In this document: positions 1 through 10,292 of the stretch, in pieces
Numbering within the stretch: position 1 is the stretch's first letter
Layout of the letters: each line of letters starts with the position of its first letter
From: a virus
Taxonomy: Duplodnaviria > Heunggongvirae > Uroviricota > Caudoviricetes
Strand: one strand, 5' to 3'
Virus record (IMG/VR): IMGVR_UViG_2778261576_000005
Location: 1 to 37,529 of that record
DNA: 37,529 nt
Notes under the pieces: generated by a model
Told to the model about the DNA's origin: nothing
Seen by the model: only the letters and a program-made list of their open reading frames with translations
Databases searched by the model: none
Program-made: the position numbers and the translations under genes

Positions 1-20
1 CACTGTTTATCCATACAGTT
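1..20 (+). promoter_or_regulatory. LexA (SOS) box 1, CTGT-N8-ACAG, upstream of dinI-like gene
   Basis: caCTGTttatccatACAGtt matches the LexA consensus spacing. Confidence 0.6.
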
Positions 21-28
21 AAAAATAA

Positions 29-48
29 TACTGTATACAAACACAGTA
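29..48 (+). promoter_or_regulatory. LexA (SOS) box 2, near-consensus
   Basis: taCTGTatacaaacACAGta; lies 14 nt upstream of the ATG at 62, SD agaggga at 51-57. Confidence 0.7.
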
Positions 49-61
49 TAGAGGGACTTTT

Positions 62-310
62 ATGCGTATTGAAATCTGCATAGCCAAAGAAAAAATGACT
101 AAAATGCCAACCGGTGCTGTGGATGCGTTAAAGGAAGAATTAACCCGACGCATCAGTAAACGTTATGACGATGTAGAGGTGATCGTAAAAGCCACCAGCA
201 ACGATGGCCTTTCTGTTACACGCACCGCAGATAAGGATTCTGCAAAAACTTTTGTTCAGGAGACTCTGAAAGATACCTGGGAATCTGCTGATGAGTGGTT
301 TGTTCACTAA
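62..310 (+). CDS. dinI: DinI-family SOS-response protein (prophage-encoded)
   Basis: 82 aa; MRIE...[10 protein letters not shown] resembles DinI; two LexA boxes directly upstream. Confidence 0.8.
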   Translation: MRIEICIAKEKMTKMPTGAVDALKEELTRRISKRYDDVEVIVKATSNDGLSVTRTADKDSAKTFVQETLKDTWESADEWFVH

Positions 311-413
311 TTAACACGTAAAATCGGTAACGGCTGGAAATCATTCAATACTCGCACTATCGAAAGTTAACCAGCCAGCCGTGGCACGTTCTTGCATACG
401 ACGTGCTACGGTT

Positions 414-611
414 TCATTTATCTCCGACCGGAAACTTCTTATACAAAGTCGATACGCCAACATCATAGATGATCGCTACCTTCTGGCGAGAAACTCCTGA
501 TGCAATTAGTCGTCCAGCCTGCGCCCATTGTTCTGGACAGCGACCTCCAGTTCGTCCCTGTGCGCGAGCAGTTGTAACTTTGCGTTTTTTTCTGGGCAAA
601 TTAACACGCAA
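414..611 (-). pseudogene. Serine DNA invertase (Hin/Gin/Pin family) C-terminal HTH fragment; catalytic domain absent
   Basis: GRTGGR...QWAQAGRLIASGVSRQKVAIIYDVGVSTLYKKFP matches the invertase C-terminal DNA-binding domain; track start is TTG; in-frame stop lies only 17 codons upstream. Confidence 0.55.
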
Positions 612-652
612 TTCTGGGCTGTCAGGTTGTGCGCTCTCCGCCCAGAATTGCG
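607..652. repeat. Perfect 13-bp inverted repeat (cgcaattctgggc / gcccagaattgcg) with 20-nt loop, between tail fiber stop and invertase remnant
   Basis: Arms at 607-619 and 640-652 are exact reverse complements; T-rich run follows on plus strand. Confidence 0.6.
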
Positions 653-670
653 CGTCAATTTGTCAGATTT

Positions 671-2599
671 TTAATCGTCCAGCCCAAATCTGCTGGTAAC
701 TGCTGGCAGCAGCGTAACTTGCAGATTTTTCGTTTCGTGGGTATTCGTTATGCTCAGCATGATAGCTGTTGTTGTGCTTCCCTGGTTCGCAACGGTCACA
801 AATCCGGAATCGACTCCCAGAACTGAATAAGGAGCTCCAAAACTTATTGACACGGATGAACCTACAACCCTGAAAAATCCATCAATTCTGTAGCTGGACA
901 TATTGTTATTTGCAGGGTCACGGATTAGCACCCACAGCGATATCCCCCTGAAAACTAAGTTTTTTACATCTGGTACTGATAGCGAAATAACAGTATTCCC
1001 GCCTGGTATCAGTTGTCCGGCGTATTTAGTTCCGTGCAAGTATTTTCCTGGTAAATCAAGATAATCCGACACCGGGGTCAATAGTGTGGAAACGTGTCGA
1101 CTGTCTGACTGAGTAAATACATTAAAACCTATATTTGCGTAATCGATTATTCTTCCGCCACTACCAGAAATAATGGCTTCTCGTTTCCCGGTATTGTTAC
1201 GTATTATCAGGTCCGTATTGTGATGACGTATAATACCAATAGAATATTTCGATTCTCCGTTCAGGCGATTATTTTCCACTGTTCCGCTAATCAGTGACGA
1301 CAACAGAATATCGTGTTCGTATTCCGGATTACCCGTTGTCAGATTTCCCTGTATATGACAATCGTATGCCCAGCCGACAGGTTCGTCTCCAAATTGCTGA
1401 ACGACTATTCGTTTGGCCGTATTCCCTGCAACCAGAACGTTTCGCACATCGTCAGTCTGGGACGTAATCAAAATTTCGTCGTCAACGGTGTTTCCGCTGA
1501 CAGTGACGTTGCTGCTGTCATCAATCCAGATTTTGCCCCTGAATGCGTTCCCGGAAATTACTGTATTACTGGAATCGTTTTCAACCTCACAGGAGCCATA
1601 AGTATTTCCGTAATCGTAATTACCCTGAACAATCAGATATCCGTTCCCGTTGATAAAATTGTATGAGGTCGCGTTTTTCCCTCCGTGCGTTGAATTGCCG
1701 ACGCACTTTGCGTTGGTTACCCCTATATGCTGAAAGTGCCCGGCGTTTACACCCTCAGGGGCTACTGACGTACAACCAAGTATCAGGGTATCACTGACAA
1801 CTCGATTATCCGGATTGTCAGACATCGCATCGTAATCCCTGGCTGTTATATCAGTTGCGTAGAAAAAACCCGCAAACTTGTTGAACAGGATTTTTATATT
1901 TTTGTAGTCAGATAAGTCCTGGTGGGCATTACACGAAAACGCCCTGGCTGAATGATGGTATTCACGACAGGTCTGCATGCCCGTTAATAACGATGTTATA
2001 TTACTTGATTTTATAACGAATCCGTTGTGAACCAGGTCTGCATCTCCCACCAGAACAATGGGTTTTGACAACGTTACAGTGTCGAACAAATACTTTCCTC
2101 TCCAGAATCCCAGTCGCGATCCTGCCGGAACCGAGTCAATTGCCCGCTGTATCGCCGCAGTGTCGTCAGCAATACCGTCACCGATAGCCCCAAAATCCCT
2201 CACACTAATAATCTCTGCGTTTTTGTCGTGCTGATTTCGGATAACAGCATTCTCCAGGTCCTGTTTAACTGCTACCAGGGAATCCCCGTCATCCGGGTCT
2301 GTAAATCCAAGGTTTTCGAGAGCCGTTGGTACTGTGCCGTCCGATTTGATATCACCAAACGGATTCTTGCGGCTTAACAGCAGCGCACGAAGCGCGGTAA
2401 GCAACTGGTCGTGCCGCTCCTTCTCCAGGCTGGCACCGGAGGCCTCCACCACGCTACAAAGTTCTTCCTGCAACATGTCAAAGTAGTCATCATCCAGATC
2501 GGTGGCAGGTGTGCCGGTCTGGGGGTTACCACGGGTAAAACCGTTCTTACCCGCGCCGAACTTATCCTTCTGCGCGGTTTTCGTGTCTATACGATGCAT
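671..2599 (-). CDS. Tail fiber / tailspike: conserved phage fiber N-terminus plus pectate-lyase-like beta-helix (putative polysaccharide depolymerase)
   Basis: 642 aa; N-terminal [20 protein letters not shown] fiber anchor motif; [22 protein letters not shown] pectate-lyase-type motif; repeated GNT/SGN beta-helix rungs; AT-rich relative to neighbours. Confidence 0.75.
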   Translation of the reverse strand: MHRIDTKTAQKDKFGAGKNGFTRGNPQTGTPATDLDDDYFDMLQEELCSVVEASGASLEKERHDQLLTALRALLLSRKNPFGDIKSDGTVPTALENLGFTDPDDGDSLVAVKQDLENAVIRNQHDKNAEIISVRDFGAIGDGIADDTAAIQRAIDSVPAGSRLGFWRGKYLFDTVTLSKPIVLVGDADLVHNGFVIKSSNITSLLTGMQTCREYHHSARAFSCNAHQDLSDYKNIKILFNKFAGFFYATDITARDYDAMSDNPDNRVVSDTLILGCTSVAPEGVNAGHFQHIGVTNAKCVGNSTHGGKNATSYNFINGNGYLIVQGNYDYGNTYGSCEVENDSSNTVISGNAFRGKIWIDDSSNVTVSGNTVDDEILITSQTDDVRNVLVAGNTAKRIVVQQFGDEPVGWAYDCHIQGNLTTGNPEYEHDILLSSLISGTVENNRLNGESKYSIGIIRHHNTDLIIRNNTGKREAIISGSGGRIIDYANIGFNVFTQSDSRHVSTLLTPVSDYLDLPGKYLHGTKYAGQLIPGGNTVISLSVPDVKNLVFRGISLWVLIRDPANNNMSSYRIDGFFRVVGSSVSISFGAPYSVLGVDSGFVTVANQGSTTTAIMLSITNTHETKNLQVTLLPAVTSRFGLDD

Positions 2600-2602
2600 G
2601 GA

Positions 2603-3187
2603 TTACTCCGGATATTTAAAAATTACGTAGGTATGCGAAGGGCAGAGTTTGTTAAGCACACACTCGACAACGGTGTCGCCCCAGATACGCAGTGCGGAAT
2701 CACAGGGATCGCCACATGTCATCCAGGTGGTGTTGGTGGCAGCTGGCATGTTGACCTGCCAGTAATACCGCCATTCCGGCGCATTCACCGCGTCAGTACA
2801 GGCCGATGAGCAGGTGAAGGTGCTTTTGTCGTATCGCGTGATGGTGGCATCTGGTCTGCCCAGGGCAGCAAGCTGTGCAAGATAAAAATCCTCGTTGATG
2901 CCGCCCGCCAGGTTAACCTTCGCATCCAGCCGTTGCTGACGCTGGCGAAGGGTCTGCGTTCCCGCCGGAATACATTCATCCGGCAGACCGCACAGACGCT
3001 CCCAGCGGTTTATCAGTTCGGTGGTGGTGCGCGGATCCAGCTCCCGCATCAGGGCATCCGCACGCTGATGAACACGGGTTAATGATGGTGCTGCACCGGC
3101 AATCGCCGGATCGCTGGCTGACCACGCCGGACCGGGCGGCAACAGTGCTGACAACAGACGGATGTAATCATCGTTTGTCACGTCCAT
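2603..3187 (-). CDS. Tail protein, Mu gp48 / P2 gpI-like (YmfQ-like, DUF2313)
   Basis: 194 aa; position between baseplate J and fiber; resembles e14 YmfQ as recalled. Confidence 0.7.
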   Translation of the reverse strand: MDVTNDDYIRLLSALLPPGPAWSASDPAIAGAAPSLTRVHQRADALMRELDPRTTTELINRWERLCGLPDECIPAGTQTLRQRQQRLDAKVNLAGGINEDFYLAQLAALGRPDATITRYDKSTFTCSSACTDAVNAPEWRYYWQVNMPAATNTTWMTCGDPCDSALRIWGDTVVECVLNKLCPSHTYVIFKYPE

Positions 3188-4236
3188 GAAATCGTCCCCA
3201 GAACCGCCAGTTCGTTTTTCGCAATGGAGATATTGTCTGCCGGTGCAAGCAACTGATGGCTGTATTCCCCGTTCGCACCGGAAATCGCTTCACTGATACG
3301 CGACACCTTCAGCTCTCCCTGCGGATAACCATCACGCAGCAGGAACGAACGCAACTCCGCGGTAATGGCAGCCCGTATTTCTGGTGTGTCCGGCGTCACG
3401 CGGATATGAAAATCCACCGTATGTGCCACCGGCCTGAATACATACAAATCAGAGCCTGCCACCGGGGCCAGTGGCCCGATATGTTGTCTTGCTGCCGTTT
3501 CCGTTGATTCTTCCGGAATGGGATTAATCAGGTCACTGCTGGCAATCATCACACCGACAGTTCCCGTTCCCATCCAGTGTCGGTATGTCCATGCGCGGGT
3601 AATGCCGGGCACTTCTTTAGCCCAGACGACATAGTCCCCGTCAGCCCCGCCCTGAGGCGTCCAGTAATACCGCTCAATGACGCGGGCGCGCCACATTTCC
3701 AGCTCTTCAGTATCAAATCCACCTGTCAGTGTATCTGCCACGCCGGAAGACGGCAGACCATTCACCGGCGTGACCAGGATTAATGACGTACCGTCGTCAG
3801 CGTTACCGACCGCGCCTGCACTTGAGCAGGCGATCGGCACGCGCAGGACACCACCGGAGCTGGTTGCATCGGCAGTTGCCGTGTACTGCACCAGGTCATC
3901 GCGCTGAATAACACTCCCGGCGGTCACCTTCAGGCCATCGCTGACACCTTCCCAGCGCATATACCCGCTGGCAGCCGTGGCCCCCTTGCGCGGACACCGT
4001 TTCATCGCAGCATGTCGCGCCAGCCAGGACTCATCGCACAAGTCAGGCAGCATGTTCATTGCCAGATAATCGATGTACCCGTAAACCGTATGCAGCGCCG
4101 CCGCATACACCTTTGCCCGCACGTCTTCATCCATGCGCCGGAGCGTGTCGCTGACGTCCAGCCTGGCGAATAAATCGTTACGGAGCATACTGATATTTTC
4201 TGCCAGCGTCGGGCGCTGAAATTCACTGTCCGCCAT
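3178..4236 (-). CDS. Baseplate J-like protein (Mu gp47-like)
   Basis: 352 aa; size and position in Mu-type baseplate block. Confidence 0.75.
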   Translation of the reverse strand: MADSEFQRPTLAENISMLRNDLFARLDVSDTLRRMDEDVRAKVYAAALHTVYGYIDYLAMNMLPDLCDESWLARHAAMKRCPRKGATAASGYMRWEGVSDGLKVTAGSVIQRDDLVQYTATADATSSGGVLRVPIACSSAGAVGNADDGTSLILVTPVNGLPSSGVADTLTGGFDTEELEMWRARVIERYYWTPQGGADGDYVVWAKEVPGITRAWTYRHWMGTGTVGVMIASSDLINPIPEESTETAARQHIGPLAPVAGSDLYVFRPVAHTVDFHIRVTPDTPEIRAAITAELRSFLLRDGYPQGELKVSRISEAISGANGEYSHQLLAPADNISIAKNELAVLGTISWT

Positions 4237-4651
4237 GCGTTATCGCACTCCACAGATCATCAAAAGAAATCATTACCGGTCCGTCACGACGCCAGAGAGT
4301 GATACTGTTACCCAGTTCATTAATCCCGGTGCGGCGGATATCCAGATCAATACGGGACACCACGCCGTCATCAATCATCCATTGCAGGCATTCGCGGATA
4401 TACCCCCTTACCGTCTGCACCAGCTGATTGGTCAGTTTGCTGCGCTGAAGCAGCCACAGTCGGGAGCCGTAACGGTCATTCTGTACCGCAGGCCAGGTAT
4501 CCCCCCACCATCCCATCGGGACGTCGGCGTTGTCATCAGGCTCCGCCCGCCGCCAGGTAAACAGGGAAATCACCACGGCGCGGGTCAGCGGATCCAGCGG
4601 TGCGCTGGCGCAGGTGCGTTTACCGTTCACCGTCAGCCACAGTTCCATCAT
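4223..4651 (-). CDS. Baseplate protein, Mu gp46-like
   Basis: 142 aa; overlapping coupling with neighbours in the conserved order V-W-J-I. Confidence 0.6.
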   Translation of the reverse strand: MMELWLTVNGKRTCASAPLDPLTRAVVISLFTWRRAEPDDNADVPMGWWGDTWPAVQNDRYGSRLWLLQRSKLTNQLVQTVRGYIRECLQWMIDDGVVSRIDLDIRRTGINELGNSITLWRRDGPVMISFDDLWSAITHGGQ

Positions 4652-5196
4652 GCCTCCATCGCTTTATCAGGTTTGTCGGTGTTACTGCCCTGACCGTTCT
4701 CTCTGTGACGATGCCCGTTATAGGCAAGCCGCATCGCTGACATGGTGGTGCCGCCGGAGTCGCACAGGTCTTTCACCTGTCCTGTCACTTCCAGGTCCAT
4801 TTCAAAACGTGCTTCAGGTGCATTGCGAAACGTGATCGTTTTACCTGCACCGTCCACCACGATCCCCTCCCGGGTCAGCGTCACGGACTGCCCCTGATCG
4901 TCATAGACAGCCACCTCACCCGTCTGCAGCCCTTTCAGGCGGTAGCGCCGGTCCGACACCGTAACAACCACCGCATGAGAACGGTCGCCATCCGGAAACA
5001 ACACCACCGCTTCCGCACCGCTGTTTGCCCTTGCGGTAAAACCGTAGGGTTCAAGATGTTCAACCCCGGCTTTGGGTTCACCGGCAATCAGGGACACATC
5101 CACGGTCTGACATTTCGTGGCGGCACTGATGCTTTTCACCACGGCCCGCCCAATCAGGCCGAGGAGTTGTCGCTGCATGGCTTCAATCGTCCTCAT
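4648..5196 (-). CDS. Baseplate assembly/spike protein V-like (Mu gp45-like)
   Basis: 182 aa; position after hub gene. Confidence 0.65.
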   Translation of the reverse strand: MRTIEAMQRQLLGLIGRAVVKSISAATKCQTVDVSLIAGEPKAGVEHLEPYGFTARANSGAEAVVLFPDGDRSHAVVVTVSDRRYRLKGLQTGEVAVYDDQGQSVTLTREGIVVDGAGKTITFRNAPEARFEMDLEVTGQVKDLCDSGGTTMSAMRLAYNGHRHRENGQGSNTDKPDKAMEA

Positions 5197-6275
5197 CAGA
5201 ACGGGTCCTCCTGTACTCTGGCTTTTTTCTTTTTCCGCGCGCCGGGGGCTTCGGGTTCAGGCAGATAAGCATCAGGCGGGCCGACACGGATTTCCGTCAG
5301 GGTGCCGTTCTGGTCTTGAGTAAACGTGACTTCCGAAACAAGCAGTTCGGTATTGTCGAAACCACAGACCGGATCAAAGACAATCACCCGCTGGTTGGGC
5401 TGCCACAGCGTACCGTTACCCTGTCGCCAGCCCTGCACCACATAGGTGGTTTCATCCGTCCGCGCCGCCCGTTGTCTGGCTTCAAAGTCCGCACGGGCAA
5501 TACAGCCTGCCCCCGTAGCCTGCCCTGTCTGCCTGATATACATCGGACGGTAACGGGCAATAAATGCGTCCTCTGTGCGGGCCCGCAGCGCGGTGGTGGT
5601 GGCCTCACCGAAATCATCGTCGTTTCCGGCACGCTGCCCCGCCACCTGGTAAACAGAAAACCGCTCCCGGATACTCTTCTCCGTATCGCAGGAAAGGATG
5701 TTTTCCCCGAGTACCAGCGCAGTATGTGCCCGCGTTGAGCCAATACCGCCAATCACCAGCCTGCCGTGCGGGTCGTCGTAAGCCAGTGCCTGCTGCTGAC
5801 CGAGTATTTTGTTGATTACCTCAATCACCGTTTCACCGTGATCAGGCTGAACATCAGGAATAACACCCGACGGCGCACCGCTGTTCACCACCTCAATGCC
5901 GAAAGGCGCAGCAAGCGCCTGCGCAATCTGCACCAGCGAGCGTCCGTTAAACTGTGTCGGTTCGGCTGCACAGTCAATCAGGTCAGCCGTCAGACTACGT
6001 CCGGCAATACCGGTGCTGACCGAACGGGAATCGTAACGAACGGGCGTCGCCTCCACCCAGCCGGTGATCACCAGCTCATCACCAATCAGCACTTCCACTT
6101 TTGAACCGTTTTTAATGCGCGGCTGAAGCGTGGTGATACCCTCATCTCCCGGCCACTGGCGGGTGATCTCCACACTGAAATCCCGCGCCAGCCGTTCAAT
6201 ACCGGCACCGATGCGCACCGATGTCCAGCCATTCCACTCCCGGCCATTTACCCGTAGCGTGACATTGTCGTTCAT
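5196..6275 (-). CDS. Tail/baseplate hub protein, Mu gp44 / P2 gpD-like
   Basis: 359 aa; follows the DNA circulation gene as in Mu. Confidence 0.65.
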   Translation of the reverse strand: MNDNVTLRVNGREWNGWTSVRIGAGIERLARDFSVEITRQWPGDEGITTLQPRIKNGSKVEVLIGDELVITGWVEATPVRYDSRSVSTGIAGRSLTADLIDCAAEPTQFNGRSLVQIAQALAAPFGIEVVNSGAPSGVIPDVQPDHGETVIEVINKILGQQQALAYDDPHGRLVIGGIGSTRAHTALVLGENILSCDTEKSIRERFSVYQVAGQRAGNDDDFGEATTTALRARTEDAFIARYRPMYIRQTGQATGAGCIARADFEARQRAARTDETTYVVQGWRQGNGTLWQPNQRVIVFDPVCGFDNTELLVSEVTFTQDQNGTLTEIRVGPPDAYLPEPEAPGARKKKKARVQEDPF

Positions 6276-7600
6276 TGCACTGGCACCTTCAGAGGGATCA
6301 CCGGCACAAAGCCGGGATGCGTAATGGCATTACGCCGGATAATGTCCGCGTCACGCGCCGCGTTATCAAACCAGGTCGCCGCCAGCACCAGCGCGGGTAA
6401 AACCTCATCCGGTGTGCGCTGAATGATCCGTACAGACTGTTCAAGGCGCGTGTTGATATCCGCATTCAGATCTGCTTTCACCCGGCGCAGCGCCAGAAAC
6501 AGCGCATCGCTGGTTGTACGGGACAACTCCTTATCAATTGCCGTATTCAGTGTGTCGCGAATGTCAGTCAGTTCTTCCCACGTCGGCAGGTCAACCGTGT
6601 TTTTCACCGCCGGTGCATTGTTCAGTGCCGGATGCGTGACGGAAGGCCAGCCAGTGCTCTGCGCGGGTGTTGTTGCCTGCCCCACTGCGGAATTCTGCAT
6701 CACCGCGGAAGTTGTTGGCGCAGGCAATCGGGTGACGGCATACGCCGCTTCGCTGATTGCGGTCGTACGAAGGGTGCTGGCAACCACGTTACGCTGCTGC
6801 GTCGCCGTGGCGGTGGTTTTACTGTCCGTTTTCCAGACGCCGCGCGGTTGCAGATCGCTGCCGAGGCTGACACCGGAAAGCGTTTTGATCATGGTGACCA
6901 GGTCGCTGGTGTTACCATAAAGGCGTTTCCCGGTACGCCACATTTTCTGCACCTGCTCAACGAAATTTTTGCCTGACGATGGCGGCGGCAGAAGTACCGA
7001 GATATCCCCCTGCAACAGCCTGGCGGCATCCGATACGGCAGAATCCACCACTTTCATCGCATCAGAAACATACCCCAGCATTATGCTGGCATTACCGATA
7101 ACGTCGTTCTGCACGAAATCCGCCACACCATCGATACTGAAACCGCTGAAGCTGTCACTGATGCAGTCATCCAGTGCAGAACAGGATGACATCAGCGTCT
7201 GCGCCGTCGCCGCACCTGATGTGGGGTAAGAGAGTTCTCCTGCTTCGACAAACTTCAGGTCAAAGCGGACAATACGCCCTTCACTTTTCGATGTGCTGAC
7301 CCGAACTTCCCCGTCAACACAGACTTTCAGCTCACCATATGTCGGGTGGACAAGCGTGCCGGGACCGGGTTTATTCAGCGCTTCAATCAGGCGATCGCGC
7401 TGGTCAAAGCAGTCATCTCCCACCACATAAGCTGTGATGGACGGGCGGAAAGTGACTTTTCCCAGATCTTCGGTATAGGGCTTGTCGCGGTTCGGATATT
7501 CGTGTGTTTCCACACGGCGACCGGTTCCCGCACTTTCTTCTTCAACCTTAAACGGTACGCCGCGAAATGACGCATCCTGAAGCCTGTCTTTCCACGTCAT
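6272..7600 (-). CDS. DNA circulation protein (Mu gp43/N-like)
   Basis: 442 aa; N-terminus ASFRGVPF...HEYPNRDKPYTEDLG is typical of this family. Confidence 0.8.
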   Translation of the reverse strand: MTWKDRLQDASFRGVPFKVEEESAGTGRRVETHEYPNRDKPYTEDLGKVTFRPSITAYVVGDDCFDQRDRLIEALNKPGPGTLVHPTYGELKVCVDGEVRVSTSKSEGRIVRFDLKFVEAGELSYPTSGAATAQTLMSSCSALDDCISDSFSGFSIDGVADFVQNDVIGNASIMLGYVSDAMKVVDSAVSDAARLLQGDISVLLPPPSSGKNFVEQVQKMWRTGKRLYGNTSDLVTMIKTLSGVSLGSDLQPRGVWKTDSKTTATATQQRNVVASTLRTTAISEAAYAVTRLPAPTTSAVMQNSAVGQATTPAQSTGWPSVTHPALNNAPAVKNTVDLPTWEELTDIRDTLNTAIDKELSRTTSDALFLALRRVKADLNADINTRLEQSVRIIQRTPDEVLPALVLAATWFDNAARDADIIRRNAITHPGFVPVIPLKVPVQ

Positions 7601-7614
7601 ATAAACTCCGGATA

Positions 7615-7671
7615 CAAAAAACCCGCCAAATCTGCTTTGTTAGTTATTTACATCGCAGAAGATGTGGCGGG
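7615..7671 (-). terminator. Candidate intrinsic terminator downstream of the tail-operon moron
   Basis: Minus-strand stem CCCGCCA / TGGCGGG with an internally structured long loop, followed by a run of six T. Confidence 0.4.
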
Positions 7672-7690
7672 AACCTAATATTTTTAATTA

Positions 7691-8203
7691 CTATCTGAGT
7701 TGAACATCAATGGAATAAATATTACCACTCTTTATAAATTTAGAATCTGTCCTTTCATCAAAAGATTCAAATGACTGTACCTTTAAAAACTTTTTCATTT
7801 TATTTTCAAAAATACTTTCATTAACACCAGTTAAATACTTGAATGCTCTACCAGCAAGGACCTCATTACTTAAATCCATTGTGTTTTTATTGTCTTTGAA
7901 AAACCAAACAATAACCTTTTGTGGGCATGATGGATTATAAACAGATATATAAAACTGCGGCTCATATTTTTCATCAGCGTCATCACTAAGCATTTCTTCA
8001 GAAGATAATTCTCTTCTGAATTCATATTGCCGCTTAGTTATTCCTTCATCCTTTATTATCTCTTGCTTAACTGGTGCAATACCTATAGAAGAGATTAATT
8101 CTGACTCATTAAAGCTGAACTTACACTCTTCCGCAGCCAAGTTAAAAGATAAAAGTGCAGATATAAAAAAAACAAAGATACGCATAATCATCCCTTCAAT
8201 CAT
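7691..8203 (-). CDS. Moron-encoded secreted protein of unknown function (likely start at 8185)
   Basis: AT-rich insert between DNA circulation and tape measure genes; signal-peptide-like MRIFVFFISALLSFNLA then AEE; two Cys in the mature part; AAGGG SD-like element 6 nt before the third ATG. Confidence 0.6.
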   Translation of the reverse strand: MIEGMIMRIFVFFISALLSFNLAAEECKFSFNESELISSIGIAPVKQEIIKDEGITKRQYEFRRELSSEEMLSDDADEKYEPQFYISVYNPSCPQKVIVWFFKDNKNTMDLSNEVLAGRAFKYLTGVNESIFENKMKKFLKVQSFESFDERTDSKFIKSGNIYSIDVQLR

Positions 8204-8284
8204 TTGTAAGGAATGATTATATTAACTACTTAAAGCTGAAAACCCAAATTATGCCAGACAAAAACACATTAATCATTTTGTACA

Positions 8285-10117
8285 CTACCTGAACCGCGTA
8301 TAGCCAACATCATGGCTGACATCAAAACCGCTGGATCGCGTTTCCATAACCCGCATACCCGGAGGCGAATTCACAAAAGAGACCTTGATCTCACCATCAA
8401 CTTTTGGCGCAGAAGCTTTGTTAATCATGAAGGGATTCTGGCCTGTGGCATCGGAGGCGTTGTTTGACTGAGCCGGATCCACCGCCGGATAAGGTGTGTA
8501 TCCCCGTGCCGGTATTCCCGTCCCATAAGCATCATAAGCACCCGCGCCCCACTGCGCAGAGTTAATGGCATCGACCGTGTCACCGGAACTGTCGGTAAAC
8601 CACTCAATAATTGGCTTCAGCTTGTCCCACATATCCTGAAACCACTTAACAACCGGTCCCCAGTTATTGATTACCATCCCCAGCGGCGACCAGGCAAAAA
8701 CCTTCTTCAGAAGTTCCCAGCCAGCCTCAAAATAAGGACCAATGGTTTCCCAGAGCTTCTTGAAATAAGGTCCGACAACATCCCAGTTAGTGATAATTAA
8801 TCCCGCAGCCAGGGCTATCGCCGTCGCAATCATGCCAATCGGCGTCATCGACATGATCCTGCTGACAATACTGATGGCACCGCCAACGCCCATCAATCCC
8901 AGTTTCAGAATCGCAAGACCGGCAGCAAGCCCGACGACGCCGCGAATAACCCGGGGATTTTCATCCGCAAACTTCGTGAATTTCTCCCCCAACTCCCCCA
9001 GCCATTGTGTGATATTTTTAGCGTCACCAGAAAATGCGCCGCCAATAGCCGCAAGGCCGTTAGTTGCGGTCCCTGTCATTGCCTCCCACAGGTTGGACAG
9101 CGTACCAAGCTGTGCCTGAACACGTTTATTCAGGCTGGCCTGTTTATTCATCTTCTGCTGGATCTGATCGTAGCCATCCTTTCCTTTATCGATTAGTGCA
9201 TTGACCACCTGAAGAGTTTCGGCATCATCACCAAATATTGCCTTAAGTACACCTGTTCGCTTAACGTCGGTCAGTTTTCGCAGCTTTGCCAGTTGCCTGA
9301 ACATGTTATCAAGACCGCCAAAACTCCCTTTGCCGTCAGTAAAATCGAGCTGTACCCCGAGTTTCTGGCGGGCCATGATTTTATTAACGTCCCTGATTTT
9401 CTTAACGCTTAATCCGGACTGGATAACTTTTCGCAGGGCATTACCTGCCGACTCCCCGTTCATCCCCATCTGATCCATCATGACGCTGATGGGGGCAAGG
9501 CTCTGTGCAGCCTGAAGACCATCCTTGTTCACCATCTTCAGAACAGAACTGGTTTTAGTGAAGAAGGACAACATGTTGGTATCGTCAACGCCCAGATAAA
9601 ACGCCTTCTGGATAGTGTCGAACAGCCCCATCATGTCTTCTGACGCCGTTCCGGTAGCATCCTGCATCTTTGCAGCAAACTCAGCAGCCGCTTCCGGTGT
9701 TTTTTTCAGTTGTACCGCAAGATAAGCTGTCGCTTTACCCACACCACCCAGAATGTTTTCTGCCGGGATCCCCTGACGCACCAGCATCTGCATCATGTTC
9801 TGGAAATCAGCCGTTGTACCGGGTAGCTGGTTACCCAGGCCAATAGCCAGTTTATTGATGTCCTGAAAGCGCTTTCCAACCTCGCCGTTCGCATCCATCA
9901 TGGCGACTTTCAGCCCGGTGGCGGCGTTTTCCTGATCGGCATAAGATTTCAGGGAAAGCGTCAGACCCGCAGCCAGTCCGCCACCAAGCGCCAGCCCACC
10001 CTGTGACGCTTCTTCCGCCTGGCGTTTAAATCCCCGGATTTTCTTTTGCATTTTCGACAGCGCGGGAGAAAGCCTGTCGACACCGGTGATCAACGCCTTA
10101 AGCTCAAATTCAGCCAT
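8285..10117 (-). CDS. Tail tape measure protein
   Basis: 610 aa; Gly/Ala-rich with hydrophobic segments; follows the frameshifted chaperone pair. Confidence 0.85.
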   Translation of the reverse strand: MAEFELKALITGVDRLSPALSKMQKKIRGFKRQAEEASQGGLALGGGLAAGLTLSLKSYADQENAATGLKVAMMDANGEVGKRFQDINKLAIGLGNQLPGTTADFQNMMQMLVRQGIPAENILGGVGKATAYLAVQLKKTPEAAAEFAAKMQDATGTASEDMMGLFDTIQKAFYLGVDDTNMLSFFTKTSSVLKMVNKDGLQAAQSLAPISVMMDQMGMNGESAGNALRKVIQSGLSVKKIRDVNKIMARQKLGVQLDFTDGKGSFGGLDNMFRQLAKLRKLTDVKRTGVLKAIFGDDAETLQVVNALIDKGKDGYDQIQQKMNKQASLNKRVQAQLGTLSNLWEAMTGTATNGLAAIGGAFSGDAKNITQWLGELGEKFTKFADENPRVIRGVVGLAAGLAILKLGLMGVGGAISIVSRIMSMTPIGMIATAIALAAGLIITNWDVVGPYFKKLWETIGPYFEAGWELLKKVFAWSPLGMVINNWGPVVKWFQDMWDKLKPIIEWFTDSSGDTVDAINSAQWGAGAYDAYGTGIPARGYTPYPAVDPAQSNNASDATGQNPFMINKASAPKVDGEIKVSFVNSPPGMRVMETRSSGFDVSHDVGYTRFR

Positions 10118-10292
10118 GTGTGCGTTTCTCCTGCTCTATCCTGTTTGCCTGACTGACCAGCAAGGGAATTTCACTGATCGGCATACTCAGCAATTCGAAG
10201 GGATTAATGCGCCAGTAGCTGGCGCAGTCAAAGAAGCGATCAGTGAGGTATTCAGCCGTCAGGCCTGGAGGAAAAAACCAGCCACAAGCCAC
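10110..10292 (-). CDS. Tail assembly chaperone -1 frameshift extension (G/GT-like pair)
   Basis: -1 frame ORF overlapping the 3' end of the upstream chaperone ORF and ending at the tape measure start. Confidence 0.55.
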   Translation of the reverse strand: MACGWFFPPGLTAEYLTDRFFDCASYWRINPFELLSMPISEIPLLVSQANRIEQEKRTHG

